Below, one piece after another: positions 13,301 through 24,800 of a DNA stretch of 64,000 nucleotides. The DNA is from Phallusia mammillata. Its lineage: Eukaryota. Where the stretch lies: contig OZ281497.1 in assembly GCA_965637545.1 (NCBI GenBank), positions 15,128,001-15,192,000 on the forward strand, in the 5' to 3' direction. The first letter of the stretch is position 1, and each line of letters opens with the position of its first letter. Both the position numbers and the translations under genes were made by a program. The notes beneath the pieces are model-generated. The model was given only the letters and a program-made list of their open reading frames with translations. It made no database searches and was not told where the DNA came from.

Positions 13301-15835
13301 AAAAATGTGAAAACTGTTGACAAGTTTAAGTTTATGAAAAAATAGGATTTTACTGAAAAAGTGGTTATTGGTTGTTTTTGTCTATCAAGAACGGGCTGGG
13401 GGATACATATCTTTAGATTTGAGTTACAAGTGTTGTATTTTTGTTTATTTAGTGATCAATTGGTTAAACAAGCAACTGAACGAGAGGCAAATCATGGGTC
13501 GAAATGCTCCTCCACAGCAAGCTCATCACCCTCACCCAGCACCTGCACAACAATTACACTCATATGACCGACATACACCTGGTGCATTTCCCTCATATGA
13601 TCGCACAACTGTAAGTTTTCAACACAATTGTGGTTTTATGTATATAGGCAGTCATCCTTTTTGGTGCAGTCAAACCAGAGCATGTCACACTTTTATACAC
13701 CTATCATATGCAAACAAATAATGTGCATACAACGTAACAACATAAATGGCGGCATCATTGACAGTTAGTGTTGATTGCCAAATTGTTCAGCCTAATCAAT
13801 GGATAAAGTAGAATATTGATCTGAACTTTTAGGCATGTCTAGATGGATATTATAAGATCAATCTATTTCTTTGCATCAGTAATTACAAACAAAATACATA
13901 CAGACACTGGGTTGTTGGTGGACAAAGGAGCGGTGTTGCGGTCATTAATAGTATCTAAATAGGCTGTGCACCCAGAGTAACAGGTTATAGGGAAGTGCCG
14001 TGCCGTGCCAGAACCCGAGTACTCGGTACCGAGCATTGTTGTTTGTAATGCTCGGTGCTCGGCCGAGCAGTTGCACAAACTGACCCGAGCGTTAAATTTG
14101 CATATTCATGCCCTGCCAACATATGTAACTAGTGTTCGAAAGAGTGTCTATGAACAAAAACGAATGATTTTTCAAATGCACTAGATGGTGGAAAAACGCG
14201 TACTTTATGGGCATGTACAGCTTAATAAAACACCGCCGATGACGTAAGAGGCCTTGTAGAGCTAAAACGTAGAAAGGGGATTTTTGTGACGTCATAATGC
14301 ACCGAGCGTTAAAGTGAGATGCTCGGTGCTCGACCAAACAGAACATTTGCAGTTTTGGCACATCTCTAACAGGTTATGTATGTTGTAAATGACATTACAT
14401 GTAGGAAATATCCTTTCTTCGTTTAAATTATTTAAAAAGTGTTTTAAATGTGGTCAACTATCTACTATGGCTTGCAAAGTTTTGTCAAGCGGTTATGATG
14501 ATTGTGCTTAATAAGATTTATTTTCAAATATGTAAGGCTTAATTATGCAGCAAAAAAACTGATAAGCATTCATTGGTAAAATAAATCCCCGTTGTTTACA
14601 GCCACATTACAGCACACCGATTGGCGCCAACCCCACCCCTCCTCACATATCTGTGTCACAAAACACTCCAATACCCATATCATCCAGCCCTGGTGCTCAG
14701 CAGCTCAACCAGCCGCATCACGTGGCCAAGCCAAATTCGTCATCCCCGGGTGCTCGAATCCCCCGACCCAACGTCACCCACACACCCCAGGTTGTCTACA
14801 ACCCCGGGAAGAAGGACAAGGAGAATCAATCACCGCTAGCGAAGTGAGTGACTTTGGTTATGTTTAGTTTCGGGTCGAAGATTTACCACTTGTCTGTCGT
14901 CGGAACCGATGCTGCTGCCGCTGCTACTGTTGTTTGCGCCCGTCGCTTTGCATGAAATATGTTTGCCGTTTGCCAAGTTGCATAAAAAGCCTGGCTGCAA
15001 CATTATTGCGAGTGCAAACATATCTAATATATATTTGTTGTCGTAGTCGGGTTTGGGTTATGTGAACATTACCACTATTAGAAAATCATTAGCTTTGTTT
15101 CATTTTGTAATCAAACAGGTGAACTGCAACGTTTCCAAACAAAAACGGAACACTTGTTTCATATCCGTCAATTAATCTTTATTGTTCTGATTCAAATCCA
15201 GAACAAAAAGTTACATATGCTGAAAACAAAACAATTTTCATCATCGAAGTCTTGCTGTGTTAACCAACCTATTTTTTTACAAAAAAAATTATGCAAAATA
15301 ACAACATCATTATTTTTTAGAAGCAGCGAGAACTCGATAGACCCCAAGTATTTGGCCCGATCGGCTGACGTCATCACAGTTCGTAGCATGTCGCCAGGTG
15401 GCGCACCTTCTCCGCCCAAAACTCACATTTCCACGAAACCGACAAATGTTCCTTCAAGCCGTCTCAGCCAACAGGTACAGTAATTCAAAGGATCTACAAG
15501 CCTTAAATCAGGCCAGACTTGCAAAAATAAGTAGAACGCTTGTGTTTAGCGGGCTTGCATCTCTTCGTATTAGTTCGGATGCCGGTCGTCCAGTGCTCGT
15601 AAACAGATCAATCGCTCCGGTGCTTGCTCGAATCCCCATGCATATCGACCTAACCTGCATGTCTTCGGTTTCCTCACCTTGCACCTTTAATCATTACATT
15701 TTTTGTATTTCTTTGCAGGTGATCAACAAGGCAACCATCGCTCGCCCGAACAACGTGAGATTCCAGCCGCAATCTCATCCCCCACCTCCCATTGTATCGG
15801 CTTACTTTACTGGCGCTTTACCTAAGCAAGCCTAA
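10322..15835 (+). CDS. SASS6: Spindle assembly abnormal protein 6 (SAS-6), 14 exons
   Basis: Exons 10322-10386, 10564-10704, 11007-11124, 11206-11382, 11588-11785, 11954-12070, 12184-12336, 12579-12785, 12977-13141, 13202-13298, 13453-13610, 14602-14843, 15321-15474 and 15719-15835, in phase. Head-domain motifs [26 protein letters not shown] and [12 protein letters not shown]; long coiled coil ending [10 protein letters not shown]; P/S-rich tail with DKEN and terminal SAYF. Confidence 0.96.
13988..14368. mobile_element. hAT (Ac-type) MITE, 381 bp, in SAS-6 intron 11
   Basis: TIRs TAGGGAAGTGCC and (reverse complement) TAGAGATGTGCC match 10/12. Perfect 8-bp TSD ACAGGTTA at 13980-13987 and 14369-14376. 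Subterminal CCGAGC/GCTCGG repeats. Confidence 0.9.
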
Positions 15836-16572
15836 CACGATTTTCTGTCTAAATCGCTTCTGGTCCAAACGCCTTTGAACTAAAGTTTTTGGATTTGGCT
15901 AGTCAGGATAGTAAGGAAGACGTGTTGATTTCTGATACAACCCTAGTTGTTTTCTGTTTCAAAGATATATAAATGTATTTGTGGTAACAATCGCCGTTTG
16001 TTTCTTTTCTTGGAGTTCCTCAATTGCCTTGTGAATGCTACCCAGGCGTAAGCCAACTCGATTTGGGGTAATTATTCGTGAATCCATCGGACTTGTAAAT
16101 GTGTCTTGTGAGTGCCAAAGAACGCCACTTAATCGATATGTTTCTATTGATATTACTTGCAGCTATGTTCATGCGAAAAGTCTACATCTCTGTTTAAATA
16201 TACCAGTTGATACGATAACTAGCTAAACATATACGTGTCTGCTTAAAGATCTGCATTTTGTTAGGACAATCTAAGATGGGAAAGGTTGAAACAAGTTATT
16301 GGATAAACTAAAACCTGTTTGAAGGCCCTTTGTCTGCAAAACGTTAGATATGTAAAAGTCAAGTTATTCGCTTAGTGTTGTCTAAAAATTCGTGCGGGAA
16401 ACTCCTGTCAAAACCGTTTTACAATTCAGACATTGTACCAATGTTTCTGTCATATCATTTTCTCAACTCGCAAGCTATTTTGGAAGTAACTGTTTTTGCG
16501 TTGACCTTTTTCTTAATTTAAAACCTATGTATTTCGCTCATATTGATTTTTAGTTTGTTAAAGCATTACTAT

Positions 16573-16790
16573 TAGGGATGGGCCGAGTCGAGCCAAAACC
16601 CGGTGCTTGGCTGTGCAGGTGCACAAATTGACCCGAGCATCGAATTTGCGTATTCATGCCCTGCTAACATACGAAACTAGTGTTCGAAATGGTGTCCAAG
16701 AACAAGAATTACTGTTTTTCAAATGTGTTACATGGTGGAAAAGCGCGTATTTCTGGGGCCTGTTTAGGATAATACACCGCTGGTGACCTC
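16573..16790. mobile_element. Second, truncated copy of the same hAT MITE family
   Basis: Starts TAGGGATGGGCC and is colinear with 13988-14368 (GCACAAAxTGACCCGAGC, TATTCATGCCCTGC, ACTAGTGTTCGAAA, ATGGTGGAAAA, ACACCGC) to about 16790. Confidence 0.8.
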
Positions 16791-17637
16791 GGAAAGCTAC
16801 AAAACTAGAGTAGAATTGGGAGTGTCAAGTGTAACTGTGTAATCTGGATACCACTTCGGATACTGGTTGAACTGTAGCAACCTGAGTAATTGACGCCTTG
16901 GCACTATCACGAAGTGATTACTTAAAAATAGTGTGAACTGGACTTCGCTTTACGCTGCTCAAAACCGAATGGCTCTCAAACTATTCAAATCAGCAAATGT
17001 ATAAATCCAATTTTTTATATCTGGACGTCTTAGTTTTCATCCTAGCTCTTAATGGTGGGAGTAAAATGAAAAACGGCTCTGAAACAACCTCAATATCCTG
17101 GCGTTTAATTTTGTATAGGTTCGTTGTTATTGCTGATTTCGGACAAAACGTTTGGATACGTCCGGCTGTGCAAAGTTGTCCAAAGTGTCAATTTCCAATC
17201 TAGCGCCGAAAACTCAGGCGTCAAGATCCAAACTATGCCCTACTCTTGTTAAGTACAAAGAAGACCAGTCGCGCAGATAGAAACAAACTATGCGAGGTCA
17301 AGTACTAAGGGCGATTACTGTTTGCCTATCGCAGCCAAGCATGCGACGTTTTATTACTGCGACCTAAAATGACGCCACAATTGCGTGCTAACGACCAATG
17401 GCGCACAGTAGCGCCCACTTGCGGGTGGGTGTAATGGGTGTAAAGTTACAGCGAAGTGTTCATCAGTTGAAAGACAAACCATTTTCAACAGTGCAGGCGG
17501 CAAAAATGACATGTTCTACCGTGACCTTTATACAAACTCAACAAGGTGACGAAGCCAATCAACGAACTGTTTTTGCGAAAACATGCACAACTAGCCAAAG
17601 CAGTACGATCGTTCGGGCTCGTGTGAACGCTGTAGAG

Positions 17638-17938
17638 CAGGGGTCGGCAACCCCCGGCACGTGAAATGACTTTATGGCACGGCTACCGATTTGCTAATTC
17701 GTTTTCACGTATTTTTTAAAATAATTTAAACTAATACACTGCTGGTTTTCAGTTCGTTATGATGTAAATCTTAAAAATCATAAGCCACATGCACGATTGT
17801 GGCTACTTTTTTATTGATTTTAATCAGCTGGCACCATAAACCACTACTTTTACACAGAAATGTTGGCACGCCAGGCCATTGCCATTTTAAAAGAGCGACT
17901 AATTTGGCATGCAGCGTTTAGAAAGTTGCCTACCCCAG
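17638..17938. mobile_element. hAT-Charlie-type MITE, ~300 bp
   Basis: Left TIR CAGGGGTCGGCAAC; right end GTTGCCTACCCCAG. Flanks CTGTAGAG / CTATACAG match 6/8 and resemble the CTCTAGAG target preference of Charlie elements. Confidence 0.75.
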
Positions 17939-20900
17939 CTATACAGCTAGACTATGCCACAGAATTGACAACTTCAACTTAATGTTCATGTTTGAAGCTA
18001 TTTATTGCAGTTGCCAGTAAAAAACACTCGCTTGGAGTGACCTAGCCTAGGCCACAGTCCGAACATTCTTTTACAATTTTTAATTTAATAGCAGATTGGT
18101 TGCAAAACTGCCTGTAGCTGGATAAACTAGAACATGTCGCCAATCAAAGGGTAGAAACAACAATGTTGGCCGTACAAAAATAATTAAATTAACAATCAAG
18201 TCAAATACCTTAATATTTCAAAAGCAGCGCCACTGAGCGAACCCTGAATTACATTTTGTTCCGGGGCGGTTTAATAAAGGTTTCTGCACAGTCGTTACAC
18301 TCCGTAAACGCCGTTATTCCATAGGATTGAGTCGGCTAAAGGTTGGAATGTCAGTCATACAAGCAATGGCTAAAAATAGAACCAACAAAGCACCGTTTCT
18401 CTGTAATCTCCATGACCTTATAGGGAGAAATAGACACAAAACGTATAATTTATAGCTCAGTTACAATTTTCGGCCACCACCAACATAAATTCATTCTCTT
18501 TGAACCAGAATACTTTTGGCGACAGGATTAGCAGTATAAAGATGTTTTTTCCTCATCTTGCCATACGACGATTTTAAAGACATGAAATATGAAAAACTTA
18601 GTTAAATGACAAAAACACTAAATCTGTTTTTGATAAATGTATTTTTTTGGGCCTGATGGTTGGTAACACTGGCTTAACAACTTGAATCTAACTCTATCTC
18701 TTTCCCGATGTTTATAAACACTGGCGTTTTGTTTTCTTTGCCGCGACTTACTAAGAAATCCCTGTGTTATTCGCTTGTCACAGCTGTTTACACCGAGTCA
18801 GGTTTTTAAGCCTGACAAATTCGTCCTGTGATCTGTTTGCTGTACGAAAATTCTTTCACTTGCTTCTGATAGATTAGCGAATTTGAAATATTTCGTAATG
18901 TTCAAAGTTGACCTTAGATGGTTGTGTTCATGTTTCTGCATAAAATATTATGTCTTTTTGAAAAACAGCGTAGTTTTTCTGTTAAATTTTATCTAAAATA
19001 AACTGTGCATGAAAGACTTGTTAATCAAATTGTTTCGACATTGTTTGATATAGTTTCTCGGGAGACAGGCTAAACGCCGGAAAGGAAATGTATTTATTAA
19101 TTTTTTTTTAAATGAAACAATTACGTGACGTACCGGATGAATTTTGGTATGTTTGATGCTTGACAGAAATTTCTGACCTACGAGAGACTGTTATACACCC
19201 TAAACCAAATAGGTGGTTTTCTGACACATTGACCACATTAATGAGGTTTTTTTATGTACACCGTTCGTTCTTTAAACCACCTTTACGTATCAAGAAAGGA
19301 TGGGTTTTGCCACAGTTTCTGCCCCTCGTGTGGCATGATATATAGTGGTGAAATCAATCATAGTTTAGGCCACAGACTCCCAACTTATCTAAAGACACGA
19401 GTCCATGACACACTACAGCCTACGTTATATAAGTATTTATAAAATGCATTACAGTAGCTTGCTTGTTGTGCCAATACACATTAAACGCGGTGGTAAACTT
19501 AGAAACGGCCCAACCCGTTTCCATTTTCATGTCTTTTAAATCCAAAGTTCCGCATGGTGAATTTAACCCATCGCACCCAGCTAACAAAAAAATCCCTGGT
19601 ATTATTTATTACAATTTGGAGTCGTTTACAACCAAATGAAATCTGCATAGACGCTTCAGGGGTGATCCCAGTTATAAATGTATGTTCATCTTCAAATCTA
19701 AGATGTGTCGTTCAAAATTTTGTTCTCTTTGTACTATTCTGATCAAAGAGGCCACCCAAATTTACTGTAAAAATATACGATTGAAGTATGAACAACAACG
19801 GTACATTGTCCTATACGGGGCTATTGTATCTGTGACCTACAGGGCAGCATGAACTTCTTCGACTAGCCCCTACCCCACACGGGTGAAGTTTTCACTTTCA
19901 CAGCATGCAGCGGAACCGTCAACAACCCTCGTGCCCAAACCCTCGCCCCAGTCGCCCTGCCCCCCGGTGTCGGGACAGGAAACCGACTTCTGTCCATGTG
20001 GTGACGTCCAATGTGTGTTGCTCGTTACACCGCGCCGCTCACAACTTTCAGCAGTAACCTAATCTTGCCTTTGCAACGTCACGCTATGCGTGCCAAAGCC
20101 CGGCCCCCGTCTGCACCCCGAAATGCATTCGCCGCCACGTACGGTGTCCCCTTTCATAACAACTTGTATTCGGCACTATTCGCCAGCGCCGGCAATTGAT
20201 ACAAAGCGCGTTATAAATTATAATTTGCCACAGCACTATAGATATTTGTGCCAACAAAACTGTCCATTATAAGAACCACAGTACATTTTGGCTCCATCCT
20301 GTATCTAAATTTCAATGTCATCGACAGCGCCCCCTCGCCCATCATCCACAATTGAGTAAAGTCATTCAACGATGAGAGGATCCACGAACTTTTTCTAAAC
20401 ACCGTCGCGCTGTTTTAAAGCTGTTTGGACGCGATTCAATGCTTCGAAGGCAGCGTCATTTTCCCACGGACACCAAAAGTCATTGCACAACACACCTTTC
20501 TATGGTTTATCAATACGATTGTGGTTCACTGACAACCGATGTCGTAATGATGCTGACGTTTTTGTTCTTTTTCCAGTGGGTCGGTCAGATACCAGTAACT
20601 TGATCGAAAATGTTGCGCTTCTTCGTTCGGTTGTAGCGACCAAATTACATACACCAGTCGTCCCTTGGCGACACAAGAACAGCTATATTCAGGTCGGCTT
20701 TCACTGAATGCGGGTGGCAACTCGTGTGGGGTCGTGTTCGTGAGTATTGGGGGTCCATTTAATCCCCTCACTGCGCTCGTGCTAATGGTCGCCGTGGGTG
20801 GCAACAAATACAGGCGTTTTGCGACAAGTGCTGTTGCTGGCAATGACCCTGTCATCAGATTCTACCAGCCACGGCGCAAAGTCATCAACTAGTCGCTGTA

Positions 20901-21846
20901 CTCGGTAATCAGATCGCTTCTACCTACTTACACACGTTTGGCCGGCGATTGTTTGGTGTCCGTTGTCAAACAACTCCCGGCTGTTGGCCCACCTTAAGCA
21001 AAATCTATTATTAATAAGCGTTAGCACGCAGAGCGGTGAGCTAATTAGTCGGCAGTTGTTGTCCAGGTGGTCAAAGACAGGCATGGAAAGTTGTTGCAAG
21101 CTATTTCAGTGCAGTAAGCTACTATAAAGTGGATCGTTTATCATACATTAAGCAGCCAATTGTTTGTTGATCGTCTTAGATACAGATGTGCGGTGTTTGG
21201 TGATCTGATTAGGTGTGAAGGTTATGGTTCGGTATTGGTTTATCGCTTTAGCTTACGCTGAAGAAGGATATAAGAACTAATTAGCCGTAGATAACTGTTT
21301 TGTAATGGAAAACACTCACCTGTGTGACACAACGGTATTTTGCAACAAAATTACAAAATAAATTATTAACAAATCACTTCTGCTGCCAAAACTGACCAAA
21401 ACAGCCTGACTGCATCGTTTGCAAGAACTTTTGTCTGCACTTGATTTCTCAAAGATTTTTGGTGACATGTATGTGAATTTCTGATAATTTGTAATATTTT
21501 GAGGTGTTTTTTAGATAAAAAAGTAATGATTAATAAATATTAAGTAAACGTGGTTTGTATTGTGTGACAAATATGTCATAGAAGTCACTTAAAACCAACT
21601 TACGCTTTACTGGATATACGCTTCAATATGTCCAACTTCAATATGATATTGGAGTTACGCTTGCAAATGTTTTCAAATTTTTTAAAATACTGTCACAATG
21701 TGGTATTTTATTGCCTTATGAAAAACCTTTGCCTTTTTTGAAGCGAATTATAAACTTCTAACTCTGGCAGCATTGGCGCGATGACGCTTCGTTGTTTGGG
21801 ACACGATTCCACTGCTGATTGTGATGCGAACAATAACCAGCGGCGA

Positions 21847-21855
21847 GACCACCCA
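21847..21855 (+). promoter_or_regulatory. Consensus Gli-binding site upstream of Patched
   Basis: Exact GACCACCCA, ~6.2 kb upstream of the Patched ATG. Function inferred from the known Gli-to-ptch feedback. Confidence 0.55.
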
Positions 21856-24800
21856 AGTGCGGGCGCGCAACTCGACATTAAGCTATGGCGCGAATTCGTT
21901 GCGCTCGCCCAGTGTTCTCATGTAAAGCTGCTGGATTTGACTTCGGAGCTAATCTTCTTAATGTCAGCCTTGGCGCAGCCGAACAATTTTTCATTTTGAA
22001 TTTTCTTTCCCTATAAATATTCCAACGCGAAAGTGTATATACTTGATAAAGCAGCTAAGGCTTTCAGTGGACTCTGTTGATATTATTGCTTTGGCTGATG
22101 TTAATAAACACAATGGAGAACCGGGAGTCATAACTTACTGCTGCGTGCATGCCACCCTTCAAGCACGTCGGTTTGAGGTATTCCTTTGCGCCCAAGCGAG
22201 ACGAGCCTGCGCATTAGGTGCTCTGACATTTTCTTGTCGCCCCATGCTATCTAGCCATTATGTACCCGAACGTGTCGTTTGGTGGGCGAGTTTTGTATAA
22301 ACACCGTCACACATATTCTGCTGGGCTTTGCGCCCCCCGTAACCCCGTCGCCGTGCTTCCCCATTGTTCTCTATTCAGCCGATCATTCGGCAAGTTTTTT
22401 GCTTGTCGCCGTATTACCCACACTTTTACTGGGCGGTCTTAAGTGCCCATCGCCCCGTTTAATGCCGCTGGTTGGTGTGTTAGTGCCACGCAATGAAGTT
22501 TATCAGTTATACTTCACGGGGCTCAGCGCGTGGTTTCATTTTGACGGGTCGAGCCTATATGTAACCGTGCTCCCGGGGCCCTCTCGCAGTAAACAGACTG
22601 GCTTGGCAGAGCAAATTTTATTCAGAACCTCAGGATTAGCCGCCCGCCCTCTGAGGCCAATAGAACCAGACTCATTTTGTCAGGAACACTTTTAAGATCG
22701 GGTACAAGGTTCCGTTTAGACAGCTACTTTGCAAGTTAGCTTACAGTTATCAGTTGACCGTGTTCACTCCTCCCAGCAACCAGAATGATTAAAGGACTAA
22801 AGCAGAGCACGCGAGTCGTGAAAACGACCTTCCACGGATCGCGGTTAATCTTGATCAATTGCGTTTGGGTAGGTGATCTGTTTGCTTTTGCATACTTTCT
22901 TTATTCAAAGTAAGCAACGCTGCGCGCATCACTGAACGCGTAGAGATGTTGCAGGGCCGACGAAAGGATGTAAATGATATGTGAAACATCATTTTACATT
23001 CCCTAGTTTGTTTAATAGAGCAATTGTTTATGTTCAGCCCATCTACAGATCAGCTTATCCACTGCAAGCCGAAGCATACGTCAACATGACAGGAATCAAT
23101 TTAGATTCATACCTATTCTACTTAAGTTTTTCCCACTTGCATTCATGTTTGGTAATTATCCGGTATGATGGTTTTACCCAACACACCACAATTGTTTCTG
23201 AGGGCGTTTTGAGGGATTAACATCTACTTTTACAGAGTGATATCATAGGTCGTTTGAGTTCCTAACTAAGGTCAAATAGTTCTGTTTGATCTTGTCACTG
23301 TTGTGGGACAAGTAACTCTACGCAGTATTAGTGTGGTAAAATATAAAACGACCAAGATTTCGTCACAACTTTCGAACGGCGGCGGAGGCACGGATCAGAC
23401 GGAAAAGCGTGGCTGGCGCCGGTGGACTTAAATATCGGAAGGAATACAACGTCCACTACGTACTGGGCGGTCACCGAAATCGTCAGCGGGTAATACACCG
23501 AGGAGATGGATGGCCGGCCGTAAACGATAAAGACGATAAACTGTGAGCTGTCGGTCGCATCTTCACGAGCCAGTGTGATGTATGGTTCAAACGGGATTAG
23601 CTTTTCTGCCGAGGTGAGTTTTTGGTCTCGCTTATAAGCATTATATTTATCACTGGCAAGAGACAAACATGCATTGTTGTTGATGATGTTGCGTATTTTT
23701 AAACCCCGAATGCATTTCAACCTATCACGCTGGATTATTGGTTGTATCGAGTTCTACAAAGTTAAGACTTGCTGTTGCTTTCACTTATCCCCTTATACTC
23801 TCGTTTTCTCGGTTGGCCGCAAATCTTGACAGGTACGCGCATGATTTTGTTTTGCGAAAAACTCTTTCCCGTGAAATTCGACACTTTGAGGTGTTGACAA
23901 AAACGGGATTTGACACATTGTAGGAAGTATATGGATTACAGACGTCAGCCCAGGGTTTCCGGGTATGTTTTCTTCTTTACCAGGCTGCATTGCAACTAGT
24001 TTGTACAAATATACATACTGTGCCGATTGGAAAAAAATCTGTTCTTTTAAATTATTTTTACATTTGTTGACATCTTTGTTTTAATCTTTAAACAAAATTA
24101 AGACTTGTAATAGCCTTTTTATACATTATTTTTTTGCTAGCAAACCTTGACAAAGTGATCTCCACGTTATACTGCAAAAGCCCGGTTTAATACGTTTTGG
24201 GTAAAACATCTCGTTACACAACCGTCCGAAGGTAAATACCGCAAAGTTACAATCAGGTGGTGTACATTTTGCAGGAAACATCCGAGATGCTTATGCACCG
24301 ATACAGTAAAAGCAGTACAGGTGTTTATCGATTGTGTAAAATCACTAAAATGTGCGTTTCTAGCTCGTTAGCGACCGAAAACAGTTTTTTTAACGACAAA
24401 TCAATAAGTACATTAAATTTCGTCATTAAAGTTTAGTGGTTTGCATTCTTGTCAATATAATATACGACATATATTCTTCTGGTATTGGACATCATGTTGT
24501 GGATGTAGCTACATGTGTATCTTTCATATTGCAACCAATATGGATAATTTATACTTGCCATTTCGGAAAAAATACGCAGTAAACACCAGAGGCTGTTTAA
24601 ATCGCTCGGCTCAACAAATCAAGCACGCCTAATTATTATTCTGTAATAAGTATTTGAAACAAAGTTGAGTTTTGTAAGTAAGAATATTTGTACGAATCAC
24701 TGACGTGTTCAAAATACTGAGAACATTTGTATGTCGTTTGTCATAGGAGATTTTAAATAGCAACTAATTTGATGGATGGAGACGTTGATTGTGAAACGTT

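Noticed and set aside
17035-17044. TTTCATCCTA as the right TIR of the MITE starting at 16573
   Set aside because: It does not match the left TIR beyond the core and the flanks give no TSD.
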